From positions 1 to 24,268 of IMG/VR virus record IMGVR_UViG_3300034045_000073: a stretch of 24,268 bases of DNA. One strand, 5' to 3'. A program made the translations under genes and the position numbers. Of the stretch, positions 9,278-18,774 are shown piece after piece (position 1 is the stretch's first letter; every line of letters starts with the position of its first letter). Origin of the DNA: a virus. Lineage: Duplodnaviria; Caudoviricetes. The notes below the pieces were generated by a model, which did no database searches, was not told where the DNA came from, and saw only the letters and a list, made by a program, of their open reading frames with translations.

Positions 9278-9525
9278 TTACTTACAGCCTCTAAATTGAT
9301 CCACAAACGTTTACCACCATTAGGTACACTTGCATGAACACCATGTACCCAAACTCCTTTAGCTAAACGTTTTTTTACTGCCCCCTCTGTTTCTAAAAAC
9401 GTCTGACAGTAAACTGGCAATGGTAACGCTTTAATTGACCCAGCTAAGGCTAGCATTGGTGATGTTAATAATAAGTTGGCGGCTGCATTATCAACCGCAG
9501 TTAACTCTTGGTTTTCATTTGTCAT
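9241..9525 (-). CDS. xis: Excisionase
   Basis: Small ORF overlapping the int start; ETEGAVKKRLAKGVWVHGVH...RLWINLEAVSKW pattern of phage excisionases. Confidence 0.75.
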   Translation of the reverse strand: MTNENQELTAVDNAAANLLLTSPMLALAGSIKALPLPVYCQTFLETEGAVKKRLAKGVWVHGVHASVPNGGKRLWINLEAVSKWALENSQEDYI

Positions 9526-9540
9526 CGTCGATTCCTAATT

Positions 9541-9762
9541 TTACTCACGTTCTCTTATATAATAGTTTCTCTCTCCTTTAGGGCAGCGCTTATTAAAAGC
9601 TTTTAATATACACTTTTTGACTTGGGGAGAGTGTCCTTTGGCACAAATACGTTTACCACATTTGCCACAGGTGATTTTTGTTCGCTTGATACTGTTACCT
9701 TGTTCATCAGCTTCGTTTAACAACTCAACTGTACATTGAACCATGTAGCTTTTTAATACCAT
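9541..9762 (-). CDS. Small Cys-rich (putative Zn-binding) phage protein
   Basis: CGKC...C...C...RCPKGERNYY; AGGA SD plus start motif. Confidence 0.7.
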   Translation of the reverse strand: MVLKSYMVQCTVELLNEADEQGNSIKRTKITCGKCGKRICAKGHSPQVKKCILKAFNKRCPKGERNYYIRERE

Positions 9763-9782
9763 CGTCGATTCCTAATTGTTAT

Positions 9783-11807
9783 TTAAATCTCTACGCGACT
9801 TTCAGCCTCTAACTCCTTGTGTGAAGCTTGAAGTACTTGACCAACTTGAGGTGTTATTTTTTGGATACAACCCCAAGTATAATTAGCTCTTTCTTCATCC
9901 ATAGCGGAGTCTATTTCATCTAACATCATAACAGGAAGTACCTTATGAGTTAAAATTCTACCCAAACCAATACGTAAAGCTAAATTAGCTATATCTTTGC
10001 TTGAACCATTTAAGGTTCTTAATGGTTGACTGTCTACGGTAACTTCAAAGTCTGGTTGTATTTCTACGCGTTGATTTAAACCACCCGTCATTTCATACAT
10101 CAAGTAACTAGCTACTTTATTTAGTGACGGAATTAAGAAGTTTTGAACTTTATCTTTAACCTCTTTAACTGCGGCTCTAGCCTTTAAGTGTTCATCGTAA
10201 AAGGCTTTTTGTTTATCAATCACACGCTGATGCTCAGCAAAACTTTTTACTTGTTGAGTGTAAATATCAAGTTCTCGGTCATACACACGCCACTGCGATA
10301 ATTGTTGATTTAGCTCAGAACGACGATTATTAAGCGCTGTTTGTATATCGGCACCATAATCTTCAATTAATCTTTTCAAGGTTTCTTGAGCTTCATTATA
10401 TGTAGTAAGGTCTTCCATATAATGTTCTTTGGCGTCTAAGTATCTTGCTGTAGCAATATGGTATTGCTGCATTAATTGTTCCCGTTGACTATCTAGCGTA
10501 GCACAGTTAACTTCCCAAGCTTTTACTTGAGCAACATAACGATTTTCTGCCTTAGTAACCAACTCAGTGTAACGGGCTAGATCTTGTTTATATTGCTGTA
10601 ACTTAACACGTAAGTCGCTCAATTCGTTAAATCTACGTTTGTTCTCAACTAGGTTTAATTCTCGAATCTGTTCATCTAAGGTTAAATATTCAGCATTTAA
10701 GTTAAGCTGTTTTTCAATGGCTAACCATTCTTGAACTGTTAGCTTTGGTGCTTTCTTAGGTAACTTCATTGCTCGTAAGGTATCTATTTCATCATGCTCC
10801 AAATGAAAACCTTTTTTGCAATGTGGGCAGTTAATCAACTCACCAGATTCTAATCGGTCTAGTTTCTGGCGCAAGGCATAGTTATCCCACGCAGCCACTA
10901 TTGCTTCCTGTGTTTTGTAGTCGTTAGGAAGTTTTACCTCAGGTTGATATTTATTTTGAGCATTTACCCAGTTATTAAATAGCGGGGCATTTTGCTGTAA
11001 ATTTAGCGCTAAAGTTTTGAAAAAGGTTTCAAAATCTCCCTCAACCCAATCAGGAATTGCTGGGGGTTTTGGGGCTTCTTGAACAAGCTCAGCTTTTTCA
11101 GGTTTCTCAGGGAGCAAAATCTCTGTAGGCTTTATTGGTGCTACAGGTTCAACGGGTAGCCTAATGGCTGTTGCTTTAGCTAGTTTTTCAGCTTCAACAT
11201 CTAAACCTTTTAAGGCAAGTGTTATCTTAGACTCGCTTGCTAGTTCTGGTTTTAAAGGTTCTTTAGGAGCTTGTATCAAAGATTCTTGTTGTTCAATAGC
11301 TGCTTTTTGTTCTCTAAGTGTTATTTTCAAACTATCCATTAAGCTGTCCATTTGTGTTAACCCAGCTACAGAATCAATCATAGCCTTGCGCTCGGTTGGA
11401 CGCATATTAGCTAAAGCTTGAATATCACCTTGGGCACACCAATGAGCAATTTTGAAGACATCAAAATTATAACCTAAAGTTCTAATGACCCATGTGTTTA
11501 CTGGTTTAGCCCCTGAAACAATCTGTTCGTCATTAAGAAATACTGCGGCTTTAGTTTTGGTGCGTTTAATGTTGTAGATTTTATCCTTTATAGCTACTAC
11601 TAGTTCGAGTTCAATACTTTTGTAGTCAGTTGCTACTCCGCGCAAGGCACTAGCCCCAAACAGGGCATAAGCTATCATCTCAAAAGTCATTGATTTACCT
11701 TTACCGTTCTTTCCTGTGATAAGGGTAGAACCAGCTTCAAAATTAAGCTCTTGGCTTAGCGTTTTTAGGTTGGCAAAAGTAATATCATATTGTAAATAAG
11801 AAATCAT
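9783..11807 (-). CDS. sbcC: SbcC/Rad50-like recombination ATPase
   Basis: Walker A GKNGKGKS, Q-loop AQGDI, zinc hook CPHC, signature LNGSSKD, Walker B MMLDEID, H-loop SHK, long coiled coils. Confidence 0.9.
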   Translation of the reverse strand: MISYLQYDITFANLKTLSQELNFEAGSTLITGKNGKGKSMTFEMIAYALFGASALRGVATDYKSIELELVVAIKDKIYNIKRTKTKAAVFLNDEQIVSGAKPVNTWVIRTLGYNFDVFKIAHWCAQGDIQALANMRPTERKAMIDSVAGLTQMDSLMDSLKITLREQKAAIEQQESLIQAPKEPLKPELASESKITLALKGLDVEAEKLAKATAIRLPVEPVAPIKPTEILLPEKPEKAELVQEAPKPPAIPDWVEGDFETFFKTLALNLQQNAPLFNNWVNAQNKYQPEVKLPNDYKTQEAIVAAWDNYALRQKLDRLESGELINCPHCKKGFHLEHDEIDTLRAMKLPKKAPKLTVQEWLAIEKQLNLNAEYLTLDEQIRELNLVENKRRFNELSDLRVKLQQYKQDLARYTELVTKAENRYVAQVKAWEVNCATLDSQREQLMQQYHIATARYLDAKEHYMEDLTTYNEAQETLKRLIEDYGADIQTALNNRRSELNQQLSQWRVYDRELDIYTQQVKSFAEHQRVIDKQKAFYDEHLKARAAVKEVKDKVQNFLIPSLNKVASYLMYEMTGGLNQRVEIQPDFEVTVDSQPLRTLNGSSKDIANLALRIGLGRILTHKVLPVMMLDEIDSAMDEERANYTWGCIQKITPQVGQVLQASHKELEAESRVEI

Positions 11808-12823
11808 TATTCAGTGGCTCCCTGAGTGGTTTCCCAAAGGTTTGAGGTAAGTTCTTGGCTTACACCATTTTCAGTCAATGTTTGAAAGAAAATGCTCTTT
11901 AGGTCAAAACCATCAATGTCTATGTTAAGGTCTACTTGTTGTTGTTCTGTTTTTATTTTACCGACCGTAAGAGATAAACAATCTACTTCGGTATCAAACA
12001 CATCACCTTGAGTTAACATTACGCGTAAGTTCTTCAAATGGTAAGTATCGGGTTTTTTATCTAGTTGGTCTAGAACTTGGTCTTTTGTTCTAGTCACATA
12101 CCATAGTTCTTCTGAGTCTTCTGAATGGGAATATGGTTGCAGACTACCTGTGATGATAACAGGCGTTTTGAACTCTGACTCAAACTCTGTTTTATTATGA
12201 TAGTGACCTGAAACTATAAGTTTGGCGTCTTTTAATAATTCATAAGGGATCATGTTTGTGTTTGACTCCCCAGAAATTAAACCAAAGTCTTTAATGTCCC
12301 AATGTCCTACCGCTATATAGTCTTGTTTCTTTTCTTTGGTTAGATGCAAACCACAGTCTACGATTTCTTCGGCTGTTTTGTAAGGATGCCAAGGGCAAAT
12401 TAGAACCTCAGTATCATCAACAGTAAACCACTCAGGAAATTCACTAACTACTGAGACATTTGGGATTCCACGACATAACTGCTCAAACAATTCAAATGAA
12501 GACACTAATTCAGTGTCTCTTGAGGCATCGTGATTCCCACGCAAAACTACGTATTTAATATTTGGATTACGCTCAGCAGCTTCTTTATAACTGAAAAAGG
12601 CAAATAAGATTATTTCTTCTGGGACTCTAAATTTATCAAATAAATCCCCAACACAAATATGTAACTTTGTGCCTGATTTTGGTTTGAGCAACTGATTTCT
12701 GAATTCGTTGTGAACAAAGTTTTCGCGTTCACCACGTCGAATTGGGGGCACACCTGAGGTGAATTTTCTTCCTAAATGAGGATCACCCATAAATGAGATG
12801 TTTGCGTTTTCTAATATTGTCAT
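11807..12823 (-). CDS. sbcD: SbcD/Mre11-like metallophosphoesterase nuclease
   Basis: GDPHLG, VGDLFD, RGNHD, GHW and SGHYH motifs; stop/start overlap with the SbcC gene. Confidence 0.9.
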   Translation of the reverse strand: MTILENANISFMGDPHLGRKFTSGVPPIRRGERENFVHNEFRNQLLKPKSGTKLHICVGDLFDKFRVPEEIILFAFFSYKEAAERNPNIKYVVLRGNHDASRDTELVSSFELFEQLCRGIPNVSVVSEFPEWFTVDDTEVLICPWHPYKTAEEIVDCGLHLTKEKKQDYIAVGHWDIKDFGLISGESNTNMIPYELLKDAKLIVSGHYHNKTEFESEFKTPVIITGSLQPYSHSEDSEELWYVTRTKDQVLDQLDKKPDTYHLKNLRVMLTQGDVFDTEVDCLSLTVGKIKTEQQQVDLNIDIDGFDLKSIFFQTLTENGVSQELTSNLWETTQGATE

Positions 12824-12831
12824 CGTCGTTC

Positions 12832-13275
12832 CTAGTTTTTAGTTTTAGTGCTGGTTTGTCTTGGTTCCCAGTAGTATTTTAACAAATCTTTTTCTAATAA
12901 AGATTTTTTTTCTGCCCGTAGTATAGCCTGTGCAGGGACTTTATACCAGCGGTCAGAAGTTAGAAAATGAATAAAAAAGAAATATTCCCCTGAGGCTTTT
13001 GAAACTTTGGTTGCTGAACGCCATTGAGAAGCCTTTATATTCGAGAAGTTGAAGCGACTGCCACTAGCAATGCTTTTTACTTCTGCATAAAAAGTTCGCC
13101 CTAAAATAGTGATTATATAGTCTGATGGTTTTGCAGCGACTATCTTCCGAGTTCTTCCTGAAGCTTTAAAATTAGCATCTGCATAGTCTTCAAACCTATA
13201 AACATCTGCAAAAGTTGGTAGTCTCCCCCAATAAGCTTCAAAGATGTTCTCACTGTTCTTGCCATTATTTTTCAT
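12832..13275 (-). CDS. PD-(D/E)XK nuclease, probable Holliday junction resolvase (RecU-like)
   Basis: GKNSENIFE...PSDYI...FYAEVKS...SQW; lies in the recombination cluster. Confidence 0.7.
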   Translation of the reverse strand: MKNNGKNSENIFEAYWGRLPTFADVYRFEDYADANFKASGRTRKIVAAKPSDYIITILGRTFYAEVKSIASGSRFNFSNIKASQWRSATKVSKASGEYFFFIHFLTSDRWYKVPAQAILRAEKKSLLEKDLLKYYWEPRQTSTKTKN

Positions 13276-13295
13276 CGTCGATTTCCTGATATTGC

Positions 13296-13715
13296 TTAGT
13301 TATTTCTTGGTGTTCGCTTTTTAAACACAAGGTTTTTATTTTTGTTACTTCGATTTCTCTTTGTTCTGCGAACCTCAGCCATGTAGCTGGCATGATGTTT
13401 ATGCAGTTGCTCTAAAGCATAACGAGACTGTTCAGCAGTTACCTCACCATCAACCTTTCCCCAGAGGTTCTTTCGTAGGGCTCCAGTTCTAATAGTCTTT
13501 AGATATTTAATGCTGTGTGTGTGGAATTTTAGTGCCTCAAACAAGGTTCTAGAGCTAATTACTTTTGGAGATAAAATAGCTCTTATTTGTTTAAATATGT
13601 TTACACTTAAAGGTGAAACCCATTTGACTTTGTATGTGCTGTGATTATCACAATAATCACGAATCCAAAGCCACGCCTCGTAAGGCGTGTCAAAGGTTAT
13701 TTGTTCTTTTTTCAT
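13296..13715 (-). CDS. ProQ/FinO-domain RNA-binding protein
   Basis: PLSVNIFKQI...SRTLFEALKFHTHSIKYL...GALRKNLWGKVDGEVTAEQSRYALEQL aligns by eye with the FinO-domain consensus PLKIGI...LRxALxxYTxSxRYL...GAxRxDLxGxxxGxVxxE; basic tail. Confidence 0.8.
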   Translation of the reverse strand: MKKEQITFDTPYEAWLWIRDYCDNHSTYKVKWVSPLSVNIFKQIRAILSPKVISSRTLFEALKFHTHSIKYLKTIRTGALRKNLWGKVDGEVTAEQSRYALEQLHKHHASYMAEVRRTKRNRSNKNKNLVFKKRTPRNN

Positions 13716-13728
13716 AAGTTATCCAACG

Positions 13729-16700
13729 TTAGGCAGCGGCTCTATAAATACCCTCATAGATTCTTAATAATGCTGCATCAACTCTCTGCCTGTAGCTAGG
13801 CTCAAGAGCTTCAAAAAACGAGTTGTACTCACTATAAGTACCACCGTTAACTAGTGAGAAGACATAGCTTCTCAAATTATCTGGAATACGCACAAGCGGT
13901 GTGAATATTCTAGACTTTGAGTTCTTTTGGGCGCGTTTTATGTCTGATACCATAATTTCAAAGCTTGATAATGATATAGAAGCCAAACGTTTACGTACAC
14001 CATTAACTTGAGAAAAAATTCTAGAACCTGTTTCCCAAGTCAAGCCCAACCATTTTAAACTCTTACTTATTTCTTTCTTATAATCACGTTCATTAGCGAC
14101 TTCTTTTATTTCTGAGCCAAAGATAATTTTAATTTTATCTGCTTGTGAATACAAATACTCATAAGTTAAGTATAACTCATAATCAGTTAATGGTGTTTCG
14201 TCAAAACTCAGTCCTAAATCATCAACAGTTATATGTAAGTGTTCAAGTAACCCTAAAAGTAACTCTCGTCTGTCAAATAAAGCGCGTAGGTAAAAAGCGT
14301 GTCGTTTTTTATCTAAGCGAGATATTACATCAAGTAACGCTAAGTCGTCAGCGTTAGCACCAATAATTAAACTCGTAGCACGTCCTTTAAGTTTAGCTGA
14401 TGAAAGTGTGATTAAATCATTTAGTTCATCAGTCTCTTGTGGGAACCCGAACAAATCAGCCTGAGCTTTTTTAAAGTACTGTCTCTGTTCGTCAGCCGTT
14501 AACGTAAGCTTTGATTTAAGTTCTTCAAATTCTTTATCAGTAATTAGCGGAGTGTTAATTAGTGTCTCACGTTCAACTTGTTTTAATGTTTTTTTTAGGT
14601 TTTGTTCATAAACCTTTAACTCTTGGCACAATTGGGTTGGTGCTGAACTAGCGTCTTCTAATTCAAAACCCTCAACAGCAATCTGCTGAATAAAGTTAGG
14701 ATAAAAGGAGTTCTTTTCTAAGTTCTCACGGGCGGTCAATTCACCGTAATAAGTTGTCCACCCTTGGTCATTAAACGTTATAGCCCCAGTTTCCCAATTA
14801 AAAACTGCTAACGAAGTAAGGTGTTTATCAAGTATTCCTTTGTTTCCTAATACTTCTGTCTGAACAATCTTAATGGGGTCTAACTCAAGGTGAGTATTGT
14901 AATGTGTTATTACTAAGTTAAGGTCAGTGCAGTCTCTAACTCTAGCGAGATGCTGTAGACAGTCACTCGGTAAATTTTCAGCCCGTTTAGTGAAATAGGC
15001 AAAAACTTTCTGTAATTTCGGCTTACCATCTACTGAATCAATAGAAACCCCTGTGCCAAGTGAGGGGCTCGACATAAAAATATCAGTCTCTCTTAGTTCT
15101 GAGTTTATATTTTTAATAAAATATTGAACATCTTTAGTTTGGCTGTTATGGGCTGTAATTGTGATTACTCGTTTATCCCCAAAGTCAGTTATAAAATGTT
15201 CTTCTGATAGCTCAGGGTCACCGCCTAAAACTTCAACAGCTTGAGCTGCCATAAAAAGAATATTGTTCCTTGAGTTAGAAGCATAGAACACACCTGAATC
15301 TTTTATTGCTTCTCTAAAATCTAACACAAATGATAGCCTGTCAGGTTTATTAATATCTACGGCATCACGATAGATATTTAATTTCTTGCCTTTAGCTGGA
15401 AGATATTTATTTACTATCACGTGAAAATTTGGTTTCTCTGGAAACAGCGAGAACTCACCTTCAGCTAAAAAAACAATTATATCTTTAGACATATCAGCAT
15501 CCATTAGAATTACGTATTTAGCTGTTTGCAATAAGTGCCTTAACACCTTTAGACACAAAAATTTATGTTTAACTATTCCAGATTTTATCGTTCTTATTAG
15601 CTGTACAAATTCATCTATTACCACAAAGTCATAGACAAGTCCTGAAACCCGATGTAATGAGTTATAACAAACACCTAGTCTTGGTTCAGGGCGTATCAAG
15701 TGGGCTTTATCGTTATTAAATGTGTTGTAGCTGGTTAGGTTAAAATCCTTACATAGGGTGCTTACTAAAGAAATTCTATGACTTATGGCTAGTACACGCC
15801 CCTCACAAGCTTTTATTTTTCTAGCAATAGCTGTAGTTTTACCTGTCCCTTTTTCACCTTTCAATAAAGTTATACCTTTTTTTAGGGTTATTTCTGGGAA
15901 GTAACGTTCATTCAGTATTACTGGGTCTAAGGTCAATAATTCAATATCCGAGTGTTCAACTGTTCTGACACGAATAAACTCGTTATATGTATCATTTAAA
16001 TTAAAGGTTCTTCCACCCTCAACAAAAGAATTAATTACGGGCGCTTGTTCAGTTAGGTTGGCATAAAATTTAGCCCGACTAAAACCTTTATCAGGTCTAA
16101 ATGGGTCTAGTACACCAACACCATCAAATTCTGAACTTCGTTGTAATAATTCGGCTACGGTTATTTCTCGTCCGTCTTCAAAATAAATAATGTGCTCAGG
16201 GTGAAGTATATAGCGTGACATAGCTGATACTGTTCGCTGGGCTTCCTGTTCAGTTAACGGGTGTTTAGTAAAGTGATTTTTACTTACAAGTCTCGTTTCT
16301 AATTGTTGTTTTTTGGCTTGTACTCGCTCCATTACCGAGTCACTTTCTTTTAGCTGTGTTTGTAGAGACAGCAACTCAGCACTTTGTTTTGGTGTTAGCT
16401 TTTTAAAGGTTTTGGTATTTATTTCTTTAATATCTTTTTCAACATATTCAGCCATTGGCAGATTTTGATAAAAAGTTTCTGTTTCAGCAATATCAGCACC
16501 AGCTGCATAGATTAAGCGTTCTGGGGTGAATACCGCTAAATCGAGTATAGTTCTAGTTAATCTGTTGGCTGACGACCCAATTTTTATATAGCCTAAATTA
16601 GCTCTCCAACAACCTAATTCTAAATGTTTTGCGAAGGCTTCTAAGTTTTCACCAGCGTTGATTTGCATATAAATATGGAAACCCTCTGGCTCTCTTATTA

Positions 16701-17217
16701 CCTGACCACTTTTTTTATCATAAAGCGCTGTGGACGTTGAATAATCTCTAACATAGGAAACGTTGGATAAATTAGCTTCGGGTAGAGCTTTGTTCAATAA
16801 ATATAAAAAATCTTCTGGGTTATCTATCTTGTTTGGGTTTTGTGGGTCTGGGTCATAATCTAGCATGATTAGGCTAGAACCCTTTTGAATCATTGATAAT
16901 TTACTTCGTGTACCATAAATTCCTGAGTCATCTTCGTGAACAGGATAAGATAGTTTTCTAGCTTCAAACTCACTTCGAGTTAATACTTCGACTTTAGATG
17001 TTTTGCTATCCATCCAACCAGTAGCTAAACACTGGTTTTTATTTAAATTTTTAATGACTGATGGGAACTCAGCTAAAGTTGTAGTTCTATGCTCAGAAAA
17101 ACCTCTATATAAAGCTGGATTTGTTGATAGAATCTTCCCATTTTCGAGTTTTAATGTTTTAGTTAAATTACTGTTATGAGAGGTTACAACTGAATAAGCT
17201 AAAGGTTTGTTTGTCAT
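13729..17217 (-). CDS. Primase-helicase / replication initiator (AEP-like N-terminus plus SF2 helicase of UL9/CyRepA1 type)
   Basis: MLDYD and GFHIY primase-like motifs; GEKGTGKT, VVIDEFVQ, LMDAD, SPSLGTGVSID, QHLARVR. Start reassigned to 17217 (MTNKPL), where the TCGACG-ATG motif and an AGG SD lie. Confidence 0.8.
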   Translation of the reverse strand: MTNKPLAYSVVTSHNSNLTKTLKLENGKILSTNPALYRGFSEHRTTTLAEFPSVIKNLNKNQCLATGWMDSKTSKVEVLTRSEFEARKLSYPVHEDDSGIYGTRSKLSMIQKGSSLIMLDYDPDPQNPNKIDNPEDFLYLLNKALPEANLSNVSYVRDYSTSTALYDKKSGQVIREPEGFHIYMQINAGENLEAFAKHLELGCWRANLGYIKIGSSANRLTRTILDLAVFTPERLIYAAGADIAETETFYQNLPMAEYVEKDIKEINTKTFKKLTPKQSAELLSLQTQLKESDSVMERVQAKKQQLETRLVSKNHFTKHPLTEQEAQRTVSAMSRYILHPEHIIYFEDGREITVAELLQRSSEFDGVGVLDPFRPDKGFSRAKFYANLTEQAPVINSFVEGGRTFNLNDTYNEFIRVRTVEHSDIELLTLDPVILNERYFPEITLKKGITLLKGEKGTGKTTAIARKIKACEGRVLAISHRISLVSTLCKDFNLTSYNTFNNDKAHLIRPEPRLGVCYNSLHRVSGLVYDFVVIDEFVQLIRTIKSGIVKHKFLCLKVLRHLLQTAKYVILMDADMSKDIIVFLAEGEFSLFPEKPNFHVIVNKYLPAKGKKLNIYRDAVDINKPDRLSFVLDFREAIKDSGVFYASNSRNNILFMAAQAVEVLGGDPELSEEHFITDFGDKRVITITAHNSQTKDVQYFIKNINSELRETDIFMSSPSLGTGVSIDSVDGKPKLQKVFAYFTKRAENLPSDCLQHLARVRDCTDLNLVITHYNTHLELDPIKIVQTEVLGNKGILDKHLTSLAVFNWETGAITFNDQGWTTYYGELTARENLEKNSFYPNFIQQIAVEGFELEDASSAPTQLCQELKVYEQNLKKTLKQVERETLINTPLITDKEFEELKSKLTLTADEQRQYFKKAQADLFGFPQETDELNDLITLSSAKLKGRATSLIIGANADDLALLDVISRLDKKRHAFYLRALFDRRELLLGLLEHLHITVDDLGLSFDETPLTDYELYLTYEYLYSQADKIKIIFGSEIKEVANERDYKKEISKSLKWLGLTWETGSRIFSQVNGVRKRLASISLSSFEIMVSDIKRAQKNSKSRIFTPLVRIPDNLRSYVFSLVNGGTYSEYNSFFEALEPSYRQRVDAALLRIYEGIYRAAA

Positions 17218-17239
17218 CGTCGAATGCCTGTTTTTAAGG

Positions 17240-17257
17240 GGGTGCTTTGTAGCACCC
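17240..17257. promoter_or_regulatory. Short hairpin in the primase-helicase leader
   Basis: GGGTGCT-TTGT-AGCACCC inverted repeat. Confidence 0.5.
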
Positions 17258-17266
17258 ATAAATAGA

Positions 17267-17920
17267 TTATAGCTGTGTTAAATCAACAGGGGTATATCCC
17301 GCGGATTTTAAAATCTTTCCTTTTGGGTATATCTTTCCAGAAGCACAAACAGTGTGTTTTGCTGATGAACATATCCAAACACTACAATCATCACCATAAA
17401 GTTGGGTTTGTAACTTTTTGTCTAACGGGTCTAGATTTATGCTAACACCTAGTTTTTCGTACTGCTGCAAAGTTTGTTCATAATATTCTTTTGTTACAAC
17501 TTTACTTAGATTACTTTTGTGTACCAAAAACCAAGCATCTAGAATATTAAACTGTAAGTGCTGTGCCATTAAAACCAAAGTATTTAGTAAGTTATAAACA
17601 TCGGGTCTAGTCGTTTGTAAGTCTTCTAGATAAACTATGCCGCTATGAACCAAGTCACCAACAAGCACATAAATACTGTCCGTAATCGCATCTATTTTGT
17701 CGGCTCTGGTTTTGGCTGTAGCAAGCTCTATTAGTTCTTCTTTTAATAACTCCGCGTGAAGTTGTTCATCTTTATAACTAAGAATTTTTTGTTCGCAGGG
17801 TAGGTCAAATATTCGTCTGAAATCCAGAATATCTGAATAGAAGCGTAAGTACATAGAATCCGTTAGTGTTGGATAACTATTTGTCTCAGCCAAGATTCCT
17901 GTGTTTGTGTTGTTTGTCAT
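17267..17920 (-). CDS. MazG-like / all-alpha NTP pyrophosphohydrolase (DR2231/PRA-PH-like)
   Basis: LLKEELIEL...DAITDSIYV...VHKSNLSK...GKILKSAGYTPVDL. Confidence 0.8.
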   Translation of the reverse strand: MTNNTNTGILAETNSYPTLTDSMYLRFYSDILDFRRIFDLPCEQKILSYKDEQLHAELLKEELIELATAKTRADKIDAITDSIYVLVGDLVHSGIVYLEDLQTTRPDVYNLLNTLVLMAQHLQFNILDAWFLVHKSNLSKVVTKEYYEQTLQQYEKLGVSINLDPLDKKLQTQLYGDDCSVWICSSAKHTVCASGKIYPKGKILKSAGYTPVDLTQL

Positions 17921-18002
17921 CGTCGATCTCCAAGTTGTAGTTATATAATCCTCAGATTACAGAGGTAAATCAAGGGGGTGCTTTGTGTAGTTTGGGGTAG
18001 AA

Positions 18003-18215
18003 TTATTTATCTATATGATTGATAAATGAATTATCCTCAAAAATTTCTTGCTTTGAATTTGGAATACTGTTTCGGTAAGTTTCCATTTGCTTTGCAGATT
18101 CAAAAGCTTTGATAAAAGCTACAAAAACTGTTCCTACAAATATAATTAGGATAAAAACTATTAACCCAATAACTACCCAATTGGCATACATTAAATAAGT
18201 ATCTGATTCACTCAT
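18003..18215 (-). CDS. Small single-TM membrane protein
   Basis: Hydrophobic run WVVIGLIVFILIIFVGTVFVAFI; overlaps the end of the exonuclease gene. Confidence 0.6.
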   Translation of the reverse strand: MSESDTYLMYANWVVIGLIVFILIIFVGTVFVAFIKAFESAKQMETYRNSIPNSKQEIFEDNSFINHIDK

Positions 18216-18774
18216 TGTAAAGTCCTTGTTGTATTTTTCTAATCAATGCCCAAGTTAATCTTGCATCAACTCTAGCCCCGTGTAAGTCCCCCTCTGGCTC
18301 TAGCCCAAGGCTTTGTGCAGCGTCAGCCAACTTAAACCATTTACAACCACCCCTAAGATGGTCATAAACTTTTTTATACTGTGCAAACTCTAACATGGCG
18401 CAGTAAAAGCCCACACTAAAATGCCGACCATCATCACCAAGATTGTTAGCTATAGAGCTTTGCATTAATAATCTACCATCAAAGGCAGCGTTGTAGGCAA
18501 CAAGTAGCTTGTCCTTAAAGAGGGATGGCAACACATCGTTATAAACCTCTGCCCAAGAGGGGGCGTCTTTTATATCTTCGGCATAAATCCCGTGTACAAG
18601 TGAGGCTCCAAGTTCTATAGTGCCAACAGGTTTTATTCGCGTATCTAAAACCACATCCCCAGTTTTACCATCTACAACGGCTATTTCGCATATTTCAGCA
18701 TTATCACTAAGCCCTGTGGTTTCAGTATCAAAGACTAAGTAGTCTTGGTTAAGCAGACTTTTGAATGGTTGCAT
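18208..18774 (-). CDS. DEDDh 3'-5' exonuclease (DnaQ-like)
   Basis: FDTETTG, AYNAAFD, LHGARVDA. Confidence 0.9.
   Translation of the reverse strand: MQPFKSLLNQDYLVFDTETTGLSDNAEICEIAVVDGKTGDVVLDTRIKPVGTIELGASLVHGIYAEDIKDAPSWAEVYNDVLPSLFKDKLLVAYNAAFDGRLLMQSSIANNLGDDGRHFSVGFYCAMLEFAQYKKVYDHLRGGCKWFKLADAAQSLGLEPEGDLHGARVDARLTWALIRKIQQGLYNE

Noticed and set aside
9990-10020. SbcC signature LNGS instead of LSGG as a sign of a pseudogene
   Set aside because: All other ABC-ATPase motifs and the reading frame are intact; treated as sequence divergence.
17218-17259. ORF-track start of the primase-helicase at 17259
   Set aside because: It lies in a hairpin without a good SD; ATG 17217 carries the conserved start motif.
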